Source: an uncultured Alphaproteobacteria bacterium (GTDB taxonomy: Bacteria; Pseudomonadota; Alphaproteobacteria; Rhizobiales; Xanthobacteraceae). From it: DNA of 64,000 nucleotides. Of the stretch, positions 39,945 to 50,679 are shown piece after piece (the first letter of the stretch is position 1; the number at the start of each line of letters is the position of its first letter). The stretch lies in the NCBI GenBank assembly GCA_963741595.1, contig CAVUIV010000008.1, positions 172,587-236,586 of the forward strand, in the 5' to 3' direction. The notes beneath the pieces were generated by a model, which saw only the letters and a list, made by a program, of their open reading frames with translations, searched no databases and was not told the DNA's origin. Position numbers and translations under genes: made by a program.

Positions 39945-41007
39945 CAGTGCGCCTGGCAATCGATCAGGCCGAGGCGTTCGCCGCCGTAGCGCTGCCGAAG
40001 CGGGCGCCACCACCATTCATTGTCGATGTACCACCGCACCGTGGCATCGAGACCGTCCTCGAAGGCGACTTCGGCGCTCCAGCTTCAGCTCGCGTTGCAG
40101 CTTGCGCGCATCGATCGCATAGCGCCGGTCGTGGCCGGGCCGGTCCTTGACGGGCGTTATGAGCCGGCGATGCGGAGCGCCGGTCGGACCGAAGCCGATC
40201 GAGGCTGTCGCAGATCGCGTTGCACGACGTCGATGTTGGTCCGCTCGCTGTCGGCGCCGACGTTATATTTCTCGCCGGGCTTGCCGCGCGTCAGGATGCA
40301 GTAGAGCGCGCGCGCGTGGTCTTCGACATGCAGCCAGTCGCGGATGTTGAGGCCGTCGCCGTAGATCGGAATCGGTTTGCCCTCGATGCCGTTGAGGATG
40401 GCGAGCGGGATCAGCTTCTCGGGGAAATGATAGGGACCGTAGTTGTTCGAGCAGTTCGAGACGATCGTCGGAACGCCGTAGGTGGCGTGCCACGCGCATG
40501 CGAGGTGATCCGCGGATGCCTTGCTCGCGGCATAGGGCGAGTTCGGGCTGTAGGCGGTCGTCTCCACGAACCGTCCCTCCGGCCCCAGCGATCCATAGAC
40601 CTCGTCGGTCGAGACATGGACGAAGCGGAACGCTATCGGCGTCCGTGCGCATTCGGCCGCGCGAGGTGCTGGCGGCTCGCTTCCAGCAGATTGAGCGTGC
40701 CGACGACGTTGGTGTCGATGAAGTCGGCCGATGCCTCGATCGAGCGATCGACATGGGATTCGGCCGCGAGGTGGATCACGGCGTGCGGGTCAAAATCCGC
40801 AAACACGCGATCGATCGCCGCGCGATCGCAAATATCGGCCTGCACGAAACGGTAGCGGGGATTGTCGTCGACCTCACGCAGCGAGTTGAGATTGCCTGCG
40901 TAGGTGAGCTTGTCGATATTGCAAACGTCATGCTCGGTCTGGCCGATCAGGAATCGGCACACGGCCGATCCGATGAAGCCTGCTCCTCCGGTCACGACGA
41001 TGCGCAT
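39944..41007 (-). pseudogene. rmlB: dTDP-glucose 4,6-dehydratase, about 4 frameshifts
   Basis: [21 protein letters not shown]...[13 protein letters not shown]...[14 protein letters not shown] is in ORF 40633..41007. [46 protein letters not shown]...[20 protein letters not shown] is in ORF 40157..40567. The C-terminus EWWWRPLRQRYGGERLGLIDCQAH* overlaps the rmlD ATG by 1 nt. Confidence 0.9.
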
Positions 41008-41041
41008 GACTCATTCCAAGCCCAGTGATCGGGCGAGCATA

Positions 41042-41589
41042 TCAGAAATATTCGGGAGACTCGGCAAGCCGCGGATGCTGCCGATCGCGATCGGATAGAT
41101 GCGGCTCCCTGGCCCGATCGGCCACGCAATCGCGAGATCCGGATCGTCCCATGCGATGCCGCGCTCGCTGGCCGGATCGTAGGGCGCGGTCAGCTTGTAG
41201 ACGACCTCGGTATCGGGCTCCAGCGTGCACAAGCCGTGCCCAAAGCCGATCGGAATCCAGATCTGCTTCCGATTCGCGGCCGAAAGCTCGACGGTGGCGT
41301 GGCGACCAAAACTCGGGGAACCGGCGCGGAGATCCACGACCACATCGAAGATCGCGCCGCGAACCACGCGCACCAGCTTGCCTTGCGCGTGCGGCGGGAC
41401 CTGGAAGTGGATACCCCGGATCGTGCCGGTCGTACCGAATAGCTGTGGTTCTCCTGAACGAAACGCACCGGCGCGACGTTCGCGTCAAACCCGCCTCGTT
41501 GTAGGTCTCGGACAGGAAGCCGCGTGTGTCGCTGAATTTCCGGGGAATGATGACGACGGGCCCGGGTATTCGAGCGTCCGGATATGCAT
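41042..41589 (-). pseudogene. rmlC: dTDP-4-dehydrorhamnose 3,5-epimerase, about 3 frameshifts
   Basis: IPGPVVIIPRKFSDTRGFLSETYNEAG is in ORF 41042..41659. [10 protein letters not shown] is in ORF 41190..41618. [78 protein letters not shown] is in ORF 41011..41373. The tail [14 protein letters not shown] returns to the 41042 frame. Confidence 0.9.
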
Positions 41590-41878
41590 GATAACAAGCC
41601 GATCCCGCATGCGCGCACGTTAGAGGTCGAGCATTAGGGGATTTCCCGCGGACCCGCAACCGATTGAGCGTCCGGCGTCTGCTCGAGCGGCATTCGAGCG
41701 CGCCAGCGGCTTGATCGGGCGAGCCGGCACGCCTGGGTCGGCGCGGGCAGAACGATCAGGTTCTGGCGCTTGGTCCTCTTGGGTTCGCTCAGGTGGGCCG
41801 ATGTGGAATTCAGTATATTGATACCGAATGGTTTTGTTGCTTTCGGTCCATGGCCCCGCATTGTATCGTGTGTTGTTG

Positions 41879-42848
41879 ATGGTCTCGGAGCAGCGGAATG
41901 AAGAGCGAGCTGTCTTGGTGACCGGCGGCGCCGGATTTCTGGGGTCGCATCTGTGTGCGCGGCTGGTGCGCGAGAAATACGACGTCCTGTGCGTCGACAA
42001 TTTCTATACCGGGACCAAGCGCAACATCGCGGGGTTGCTGGATGCCCCCAATTTCGAGCTGATGCGTCACGATGTGACGTTTCCGCTCTACGTCGAGGTC
42101 GACCAGATCTACAATCTCGCCTGTCCGGCGAGCCCGGTGCACTACCAGTTCGATCCCGTCCAGACGACCAAGACCAGCGTGCACGGCGCGATCAACATGC
42201 TTGGTCTTGCCAAGCGCGTGAAGGCGCGGATCTTGCAGGCGTCGACATCGGAGGTTTACGGCGATCCGGCGGTGCATCCGCAGAAGGAGGACTACTGGGG
42301 CCACGTCAATCCGATCGGCATTCGTAGCTGCTACGACGAAGGAAAGCGTTGCGCCGAGACGCTGATGTTCGACTACTACCGGCAGCACGCGTTGGAGATC
42401 AAGGTCGCGCGGATCTTCAACACCTACGGTCCGAACATGCATCCCAATGACGGGCGCGTGATCAGCAACTTCATCGTGCAGGCATTGAAGGGCGACGAAA
42501 TCACGATCTATGGCGACGGTTCGCAGACGCGCTCGTTCTGTTACGTCGACGATCTCATCGATGGCATGATCCGCCTGATGCGTGTCGCCGGCGGATTTCA
42601 TCGGTCCGGTCAATCTCGGAAATCCCGGCGAGTACACGATCCGTCAGCTTGCCGAAGAGGTGTTGCGGCTGACCGGAAGCCGCTCGAAGCTCACGTTCAA
42701 GCCGCTTCCGTCCGACGATCCGATGCGCCGCTGTCCCGACATCACGCTCGCGAAGACGCGGCTTGACTGGAAGCCGACGGTTCCGCTGGAAGACGGCCTC
42801 AAGGAGACGATCGCCTATTTCCGCGCGTTGCTTTCGGAGAGGCCTTAG
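41879..42848 (+). pseudogene. UDP-glucuronate decarboxylase (UDP-xylose synthase family), one frameshift near 42581
   Basis: ORF 41828..42766 contains [18 protein letters not shown]...[11 protein letters not shown]...[19 protein letters not shown]...[24 protein letters not shown] 42582..42848 continues with [26 protein letters not shown]...[14 protein letters not shown]. Confidence 0.9.
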
Positions 42849-42901
42849 CGCCGGGCGCTACCGCGGCAGGTACCGTCGGCGAACAATAGCCGCTGCGAAG
42901 T

Positions 42902-43464
42902 CTAGCTGCCGCTGACGAAATAGGACGACAGTCGCGTCGTCACGTTGTCGGCAATGACCTTGGCGGCGCGGCGTTCCGCGTCCTGCATGCCGGTGATACG
43001 GGCGTAGCGCTGCGTGCCGGACGGATCGTAGGAAACGGTGGTCGTGGCGCGTCCGGTCAGCACCGGCTTGTTGGTGGCGATCTCGACCAGGCTATAGGTC
43101 GCGTTGAGCGTGAAATTCTCGATGAACGGCAGGCCGGTGACATTGGTCGCGGACACGACCGCGCGGCTGCCGGACGATTTGCATCAGCCAGCCGATGCGT
43201 CGGCGCGCCGGCGCTGCCGCCGCCGGTGAAGTTGAAGCGCAGTTCGTTCTGGATCGGGACCGCCATCCGCGCTTCCGGCGTATCGGCGGCCGCCCTGATC
43301 TCCACGACCTGGACGCCGCTGAGCGCCTCGCGCAGCTTGGGGCCGCCGGAGACCGAGCGATCCCCATAGAGCGGCTGAAAACAGCCGGCCACGAGCAATG
43401 CCGCCGCCAGCACGGTGGCAGCGCGCACCAGTCGCCGGATCGTCGCTCGGCTGTCGAACCCCAA
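42902..43464 (-). pseudogene. Outer-membrane lipoprotein, LptE-like (LPS-assembly lipoprotein family), one frameshift near 43160
   Basis: A TTG start at 43464 gives RRLVRAATVLAAALLVAGCFQPLYGDRS (lipobox LVAGC) in the ORF 43057..43764 frame. The C-terminal half is ORF 42902..43156 (VTGLPFIENFTLNATYSLVEIATNKPVLTGRATTTVSYDPSGTQRYARITGMQDAERRAAKVIADNVTTRLSSYFVSGS). The LptE assignment is from memory of homologous annotations and is not verified. Confidence 0.45.
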
Positions 43465-43599
43465 CGTGCAACCCCCTGTCGCGGCCAACGAGCGGGACGC
43501 CCGCGACGAAGCTATTTTAGCACGTCGGCCGCGGAAGGCGAGCCCGAATATCCCCTCGGCGCGCCAGGTCGGCGCGTTATCCCCTTGAGACCGCTCGAC

Positions 43600-44913
43600 T
43601 AATTGCGGGCAGGGCCGACCGACGCTCTCGTACACAAACCCGAGTTCGGCAATATCGGCGGCCTGATAGACATTTTTAAGGTCGACGAAGACGGGGCTCG
43701 CCATGATCGTTTTCAGGCGGCCGAAATCGAGCGCCCGGAATTGCTCCCACTCCGTTACCAGCACGAGGGCATGTGCGCCCGTCGGCCGCCGAATAGGGGC
43801 TGTCGCAATAGGTGATGTCGGGCATGAGCGGCTTGGCCTGCTCCATGCCGGCGGGATCGTAGGCGCGGACCTCGGCGCCCAGGTCCTGCAGCGCGGTCAC
43901 CAGCGCGATCGAGGGCGCCTCGCGCATATCGTCGGTGTTCGGCTTGAAGGTCAGGCCAAGCACGGCGATGGTCTTGCCGCGAATCGAGCCGCCCAGCGCG
44001 GCGGTCACCTTGCGCGCCATCGCGCGCTTGCGCTGGTCGTTGACCGACACGACGGTCTCGACGATGCGCAGCGACGTGCCGTGGTCCTGCGCGGTCTTGA
44101 TCAGCGCAACGGCGTCCTTGGGAAAGCAGGAGCCGCCGTAGCCCGGGCCGGCGTGCAGGAATTTCGAGCCGATGCGGTTGTCGAGCCCGATCCCGCGCGC
44201 GACCTGCTGGACATTGGCGCCGACCTGCTCGCACAGGTCCGCGATCTCGTTGATGAAGGTGATCTTGGTCGCGAGGAAGCTGTTGGCGGCGTATTTGATC
44301 ATTTCCGCCGTCCGGCGATCGGTGAACAGGATCGGCGACGCGTTGAGGTAGAGCGGGCGATAGAGGTCCGAAAGCACCTCCCGGGCGCGCTCGTCGTCGG
44401 TGCCGACGACGATCCGGTCCGGGTGCTTGAAGTCCTGGATCGCCGCGCCTTCGCGCAGGAATTCCGGATTGGAGACCACCGGCACCGCAATATCCGGGCC
44501 GCAACTCGCGCAGAATCCGTTCGACCTCGTCGCCGGTCCCGATCGGCACCGTCGATTTGGTGACGATGACGGTCGTGTCGGACAGGAGCGGCGCGAGCTG
44601 GCGGGCGGCGGCGTAGACAAACGACAGGTCGGCATGGCCATCGCCGCGCCGCGACGGCGTGCCGACCGCGATGAACACCGCGTCGGCCGTCGCGCACGGC
44701 GGCAAGGTCGGTCGTGAAGGCCAGCCGCCCCTGCTGCCGGTTGGCGGCGACCAGGTCGGCGAGCCCGGGCTCGTAGATCGGGATGTCGCCTTGATTGAGC
44801 GCCGCGATCTTGTCGGCGTCGCGGTCGACGCAGATGACGTCGTGACCGAAATCCGCAAAGCAGGCTCCCGACACGAGCCCGACATAACCGGTACCGATCA
44901 TCACCACGCGCAT
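43600..44913 (-). pseudogene. ugd: UDP-glucose 6-dehydrogenase, about 4 frameshifts
   Basis: [51 protein letters not shown] is in ORF 44299..45018. [21 protein letters not shown]...[12 protein letters not shown] is in ORF 43755..44885. [16 protein letters not shown]...GGSCFPKDAVALIKTA...GLTFKPNTDDMREAPSI is in ORF 43676..44998. LVTEWEQFRALDF...DLKNVY is in ORF 43057..43764. Confidence 0.9.
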
Positions 44914-45148
44914 GAGAATCCGAAATCGTTCCGACTGAATGCAACGCAGGCGCGCTAGATACCCCTGTTTGTCGCCGCCTGCGAGCCCAACCTGCCATTT
45001 TTCGATATCCGATATCAAGCCATTGATTTAATTGAATATTGTACCCGCTGGTGGGGCGAGCGGCGGGAGCGGATTGACCATCTGAGGGCGTGTGCGGACG
45101 GCGATGTGCGCGGACGCGAACCGGCCTCTGGCTGCGGCCGGTCTGGAT

Positions 45149-46471
45149 CTATCGTTCGCGGAACGTCCGCGCGATCTGCTCCTGCAATGGCTTCAGCAGG
45201 AATTCGAGCGGCGTGCGCACGCCGGTTTCGATCAGGGCTTCGGCCGGCATGCCCGGCACCAGCTTGAGCTCGCCGAGGGTCTTCAATGAGTCTTCGTTGA
45301 TGCGAGACCCGCGTCAGGAAGTAGGCTTGGCCGGGTTGCCCGCCGGTCGCGGTCTCGCGCGTGAGGTCGGCGGAGATATGGGTGACCACGCCGCTGACGG
45401 ACGGCGTCGTGCGCTGATTGCCGGCCATGATCCGGACCTGGACCGGAGCGCCCTTGACGATCTGGTCGATGTCGACTGGCGCTACCCTGGCTTCGACCAC
45501 GAGCTGGTCCTGCCGCGGCACGATCAGCATGATGGTCTCGCCGGCGCCGATCACGCCGCCGACGGTGTGCACGGTCAGCTGGTGCACGGTGCCGCTCTCC
45601 GGCGAGCGGATGTCGATGCGCCGGAGCTGGTCCACGGCGGCGATCATGCGCTCCTTGAGCTCGGCGATCCGGCCTTCGATCTCCCGCAGTTCCTTCAGCA
45701 CCTCGGTGCTGAAGTCCTTGTCGATCTGGATGATCTGCAGCTCGATCTCGCTGATGCGGCCGCGCGCCCGGGCGATGTCGGCGCCGAGCTGGCCATGCTC
45801 GCCTTCGAGCTTGGCCTGGTCGCGCTGCAGCGCCATGTAAGCGCATGATGCTGACCAGGTTCTTCGCGTAAGAGCTCGCTGACGCCCTTGAGCTCCTCGC
45901 CGATCAGGCTGATTTCGCTTTCCTTCGCCTTGCGCTGCGCCGACAGTCCGCGGACCTCTTCGTTGATCTGCGCGACCCGTTCCTGCAACAGTCCGCGCTG
46001 TCCGATCCGCGATTGGCGCCGGGACTCGAACAGCTTCTGCTCGCCGGTGATCGCGGTCGCCACCTGGCTTTCGCCGCTGCGCGCGATCAGCTCGTCCGGG
46101 AAACACAATCGTTTCGGCGTTGTCGCGCTCGGCGGTCAGGCGCGCCTGGCGGGCCGTCAACTCGTCGAGCTGTGACCGGATGACGCCGAGGTTGGCGCGC
46201 GGCACGGTATCGTCGAGGCGGACGACGACCTGGCCTTCTTCCACCAGGCTGCCTTCCTTGACGAAGATCTGCCCGACGATGCCGCCGGTCGGATGCTGCA
46301 CTTTCTTGACGTTCGATTCGACCACGACGAATCCGGAGCGCGATCACGGCGCCGGACAATTGCGCCGTCGCGGCCCAGCCGCCGACGCCCAGCACCAGAA
46401 TGGCGACGGTCCCAAGTCCGATGAGGTTGAGCTTGCGGATCGTCCGGTGCAGATCGCTGGTCGCCGCTCAT
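45149..46471 (-). pseudogene. HlyD-family type I secretion periplasmic adaptor (membrane fusion protein), about 4 frameshifts
   Basis: The ATG at 46469..46471 overlaps the ABC gene stop (ATGA). VESNVKKVQHPTGGIVGQIFVKEGSLVEEGQVVVRLDD...coiled coil...IRSPESGTVHQLTVHTVGGVIGAGETIMLIVPRQDQLVVEARVAPVDIDQI is in ORF 45015..46325. Other pieces are in ORFs 45695..46108 and 46087..46395. My own reading of the C-terminus gives LVPGMPAEALIETGVRTPLEFLLKPLQEQIARTFRER* at 45149. Confidence 0.85.
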
Positions 46472-48279
46472 CGCCGCTCTTCCTTCGGTGGCTCGCCGAC
46501 GACCTTGAGATTGGCGCCGGCAGCGGGGGTCGGGCGCTGGCGCTGACATCCGCCGCAGCACCTCATCGCGCGGGCCGAAGTCGCGCTGCTGGCCGTTGAG
46601 CAGCACCAGCACCTTGTCGCACAGCGCCAGCGCCGAACGCCGGTGCACCACCACGATGACAATGGCGCGCCGCAGCTTCAGTTGCTTGATGGCGTTTTGC
46701 AGGGCGGCTTCGCCCTCGCCATCGAGACTGGCGCTCGGCTCGTCGAGCAGGACGAGGAAGGGGTCGCCATAGAGCGCGCGGGCAATCGCGATGCGCTGCT
46801 GCTGCCCGATCGACAAGCCTTCGCCGCCGTCGCCGATCATCGATGTCGTAGCCGCCCGGCAGCCGCAGGATCATGTCATGGGCGCCGGCGGCCTGCGCGG
46901 CGCGCAGCACCGCTGCGCTGTCGGGCTCCGGCGCCATCCGCGCGATGTTCTCGGCGACGGTGCCGGGAAACAGTTCGACCATCTGCGACATGTAGCCGAG
47001 GTGCCGGCCGAGCGCGTCCGGATCCCATTGCTCGAGCGCGGCGCCGTCGAGGCGGACCGATCCGCGCGCCGGCGGCCAGATCCCGAGCAGGACGCGCGAC
47101 AACGAACTCTTGCCGGAGCCGTTCGGTCCGATGACGCCGAGCACCTCGCCCGCCGCGAGCCGGAACTGCACGTTGGTCAGGATCGCGGTCTTGCCACCCG
47201 GCGCCGCGACCGTCACGCTCTCGACCGAAAGGCTGTCGGTCGGCTTCGGCAGGTCGGTGAGGCCGCGTTCCGCCGGCATCCGCGCCAGCGTCTCCGACAA
47301 GGCGTCGGATGCTGTCGCGCGCGGCGACAAAGCCGCGCCAGTTTGCGATCGCGACCTCGATCGGCGCCAGCGCGCGTCCCATCATGATCGAGGCGGCGAT
47401 CATGGCGCCGGCGCTCATCTCCTGCCGGATCACGAGATAGGCGCCGAGTCCGAGGATCGCCGACTGCATCAGCAGCCGCAGCACCTTGGTGATGCTGCCG
47501 TAGGAATTGACGACGTCGCTGGAGCGGCCGACCGCGTCGACGTGACGGTCGTTGACCTTGGCCCAGCGCGTTGCGAGCGCGCCGATCATTCCCATCGACA
47601 TCACCGAGGCGACGTTGCGGCGGCCGGCTTCGGCCATGGCGGTCCGCATGCCGCCGCTTTCGTTGACCGCCTTCGCGAGACCCCGGCTGGCGCGCTCGGT
47701 CTGGATCGTGATCGCCATCAGAACGATGGCGCCGGCCAGCGAGAGGTAGCCGATCCAGGGATGAATCAGGAAGCAGATCGCGAGAAAGAACGGCATCCAG
47801 GGCAGGTCGACGATCGCGATCGGGCCGGTGCCGGTCAGGAAGGAGCGGATCTGATCGAGGTCGCGGATCGGCTGGTGCGCCTGCGCGGCATTGCCGCCGC
47901 GCGCTCCAAGCGCGATCACCGACCGGTGCACGGTGTCGCCCAGGCGCTGATCGAGCAGCGCAGCCGCGCGCACCACGATGCGCGAGCGGATCAGATCGAG
48001 GATGCCCTGGAACGCATAGGCGCCGACCAGGAAGACCGTCAGCGCCACCAGGGTCGGGACGTTGCGGCTCGCCAGCACGCGGTCGTAGACCTGCAGCATG
48101 TAGATCGGGCCGGCCAGCATCAGCAGATTGACGATGGCCGAGAACAGCGCGACGCCCCAGAACGCGCGCCGGCAGTCCGTCAGCACGGCGCTCAGAGCCG
48201 TATGAAACGGCTGGTTGCTTTGGGCAGTCGTTGCAGCAAAGGGTACATCCAACTGTTGGCCGCGGGGTCGCAGAGCCAT
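46468..48279 (-). pseudogene. Type I secretion system permease/ATPase (PrtD/HasD/PrsD type, no N-terminal C39 peptidase domain), about 3 frameshifts
   Basis: The TMD is in ORF 46876..48414, from MALRPRGQQ... through LMLAGPIYMLQVYDRVLASRNVPTL. The NBD is in ORF 46563..47330 (VLGVIGPNGSGKSSLSRVLLGIWPP) and ORF 46157..46840 (LSIGQQQRIAIARALYGDPFLVLLDEPSASLD). Confidence 0.85.
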
Positions 48280-48435
48280 GTCGCAGCTATGCGGCATTAT
48301 GCCGAATAGAGGATTACCGATCTCTTCGACATTAGCATGAATAAAGGCCAAATCACTGAAATCGCGAGGCTTTTGCGCCCTGATAGCCCGACAATCCGCC
48401 AAGGATAGTGGCAAACCGGAAAGTCGTGAAGGGTG

Positions 48436-49414
48436 TTAGCCGCGGTAGTGCCCGCGATACCAGGTCACGAATTTCTCAACGCCCTACGCTCAGCGGGGTC
48501 TGCGGCTTGAAGCCGATCAGCCCTTCCAGCCGCTCGGTGCTGGCGTAGGTCACGGGCACGTCGCCCGGCTGCATCGGCATCTCGTGCCGGATCGCCTTGC
48601 GGCCCACGGCGGATTCAATGGCTGCAATGAAATCCAGCAATCCGACCGGCTGGCCACCGCCGACATTGACGACCCGGTACGGCTCTGCTGGTGCCGGCGG
48701 CCGGTCGATCAGGCGCCTGATCGATTCCACCGTGTCGTCGACATAGGTGAAATCGCGCGTCATGTTGCCGAAGCCGTAGACGTCGATCGGTTGGCCTTCG
48801 AGGATGTTGCGGGTGAACTTGAAGATCGCCATGTCGGGGCGGCCCCATGGTCCGTAGACCGTGAACAGGCGAACGACGGTGGTCGCGAGTCCCATGGCGG
48901 TGGCGTAGTGGTAGGCGAGCACTTCGGTCGATTTCTTGGTGGCGGCGTAGAGCGAAACCGGCTCATCGGTCGGCTGATCTTCGTGGAATGGAATGTTGTG
49001 GCTGGCGCCGTAGACCGAGCTCGTTGAAGCAACGATCAGATGTTTGCAGGCCGTGCCCTTGAGCGCTTCCAGCAGGTTGAAGGTCCCGACGATATTGGAG
49101 TCGATATAGGCGCGGGGGTTCTCGGCGCTGTAGCGCACGCCGGCCTGGGCCGCGAGGTGGATGACGACATCGGCCGCCGCCGAGCGAACGCATTCGGCGA
49201 GGCGCGCGGCGTCTTCCAGCATCAGGACATGGGCGCTGAACTGCGGGGATTCGCCGAGCAACTCATGCCGCCGCCGCTTCAGCGACTGATCGTAATAGGG
49301 CGTGATCCCGTCGATGCCGACGACCGAATGGCCTTCCGACAGCAGGCGCCGGGCGACATGGAAGCCGATGAAGCCGGCGCTGCCGGTTACGAGAATGCGC
49401 ATGGATTGGGCCAA
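48436..49414 (-). pseudogene. NAD-dependent epimerase/dehydratase, UDP-glucuronate 4-epimerase-like, one frameshift near the 3' end (about 48478)
   Basis: ORF 48476..49414 contains MRILVTGSAGFIGFHVARRLL...YAATKKSTEVLAYHY...RLFTVYGPWGRPDMAIFKF. The expected C-terminus VEKFVTWYRGHYRG* appears in another frame and ends at 48436. Confidence 0.85.
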
Positions 49415-49435
49415 ACCGTATCGGTCGTCTAGCTA

Positions 49436-50063
49436 TCACGTCCTGCGACGGCCGCAACAGGCCCCCGCCAATGCGCTATCGTCATGGGGGAGACCGGCGG
49501 CAAAGTCCTGGATCAAGCGAAGCGCAGCTTGCAGGTCCGCCACGGACGTGTGCGCCGGCGTCGCTTCGGCCCTTCGGGCTCGCGATCGGTCACCCGGACC
49601 AAGCGCCGGATGCCGGCTGCGGCGCCGGCCTCGATGTCGGTGATCGCGTCCCCGACCAGCACGGAGTCCGCGAGGCTGATGCCGAAATCGTCGGCCGCTT
49701 GCAGCAGCATGCCGGGCCGTGGTTTGCGCCATGGGATGATCCAGCCCGGTACGCGCCGATGCCATGCTGGGGATGGTAGGGGCAATGATAGACCCGCGTC
49801 AGCGGCGCGCCTTCCTGACGAAACCGTTCGCACATCCAGTCCGTGAGCAGCTTGAATGCTTGCTCATCGAAATAGCCGCGTCCGATTCCGGATTGATTGG
49901 TCGCAACCACGATCGGCCAGCCCAGCTCGGATGCCACAAAGCGCGTCAACTCGAAAATGCCGGGGACGAATTCGAACTGATCGATCCGGTGAACATAGCC
50001 GTGGTCGACATTGATGATGCCGTCGCGATCGATGAACAGAGCGCGCGTCGGTTCGCCGGACAT
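49436..50063 (-). pseudogene. gmhB: D-glycero-beta-D-manno-heptose 1,7-bisphosphate 7-phosphatase, about 2 frameshifts
   Basis: MSGEPTRALFIDRDGIINVDHGYVHRIDQFEFVPG...VVATNQSGIGRGYF...VYHCPYHP is in ORF 49590..50201. RKPRPGMLLQAADDFGISLADSVLVGDAITDIEAGAAAGI is in ORF 49513..49833. The 3' end is uncertain. Confidence 0.85.
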
Positions 50064-50074
50064 ATCGGGTGTCG

Positions 50075-50677
50075 TCAAGGGCTCGGCTGCGAGGCGATGG
50101 TCGCGCGCTCGACCAAGCCGCAGATGATGTGACCGGCCATGATATGAATTTGCTGGATGATCGGCGTCTCTTCCGACGGGGCGATGACGCGGAGGTCGCA
50201 CAGCTCATGCATCGGGCTCGGCCGAGCGCCCATGAAGCCGATGCTGCCGATGCCGAGCGATCGGGCTGCCTGCAGCGCCGACAAGACGTTCGGCGAGCGG
50301 CCCGAGGTCGAGAACGCAACGACGACATCGTTGGGCCGGCCGAGTCCGCGCACTTGGCGCTCGAACAGGTGCTCGAAACCGTAGTCATTGCCGATTGCGG
50401 TGAGCACCGAGCTGTCGGTGGTGAGCGCAATCGCGGGCAGGGGCCTGCGGTCGGAGGAAAAGCGGGAGAGGAACTCGGCCGCCAGATGCTGAGCGTCGGC
50501 TGCGCTGCCGCCGTTGCCGAACAGGAGCAGCTTGCCGCCGCTTGCGAAGCAACGCTCGATCGCCGCAGCGATCCGCGCCAGCGTCGCGAGGAATTCCGGA
50601 TCGGCCGCGGCACGCTGGACGGCGGCCAGCGATTTGCCGACGTACTCCTTCACGTAGTCGTCCGTCGCGTCTGGCAA
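50075..50677 (-). CDS. gmhA: Phosphoheptose (sedoheptulose-7-phosphate) isomerase, SIS domain
   Basis: Intact reading in the tail of track ORF 50075..51433. A TTG start at 50677 lies 6-7 nt after GGAGG. Motifs are LLLFGNGGSAADAQHLAAEF, VVVAFSTSGRSPNVL and ETPIIQQIHIMAGHIICGLVE. Confidence 0.85.
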   Translation of the reverse strand: MPDATDDYVKEYVGKSLAAVQRAAADPEFLATLARIAAAIERCFASGGKLLLFGNGGSAADAQHLAAEFLSRFSSDRRPLPAIALTTDSSVLTAIGNDYGFEHLFERQVRGLGRPNDVVVAFSTSGRSPNVLSALQAARSLGIGSIGFMGARPSPMHELCDLRVIAPSEETPIIQQIHIMAGHIICGLVERATIASQPSP

Positions 50678-50679
50678 TG

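Noticed and set aside
46468-48279. The T1SS ABC protein as a bacteriocin/peptide exporter
   Set aside because: The N-terminus goes straight into the transmembrane domain (MALRPRGQQ...LMLAGPIYMLQVYDRVL). There is no C39 peptidase or CLD domain and no small double-glycine peptide gene nearby.
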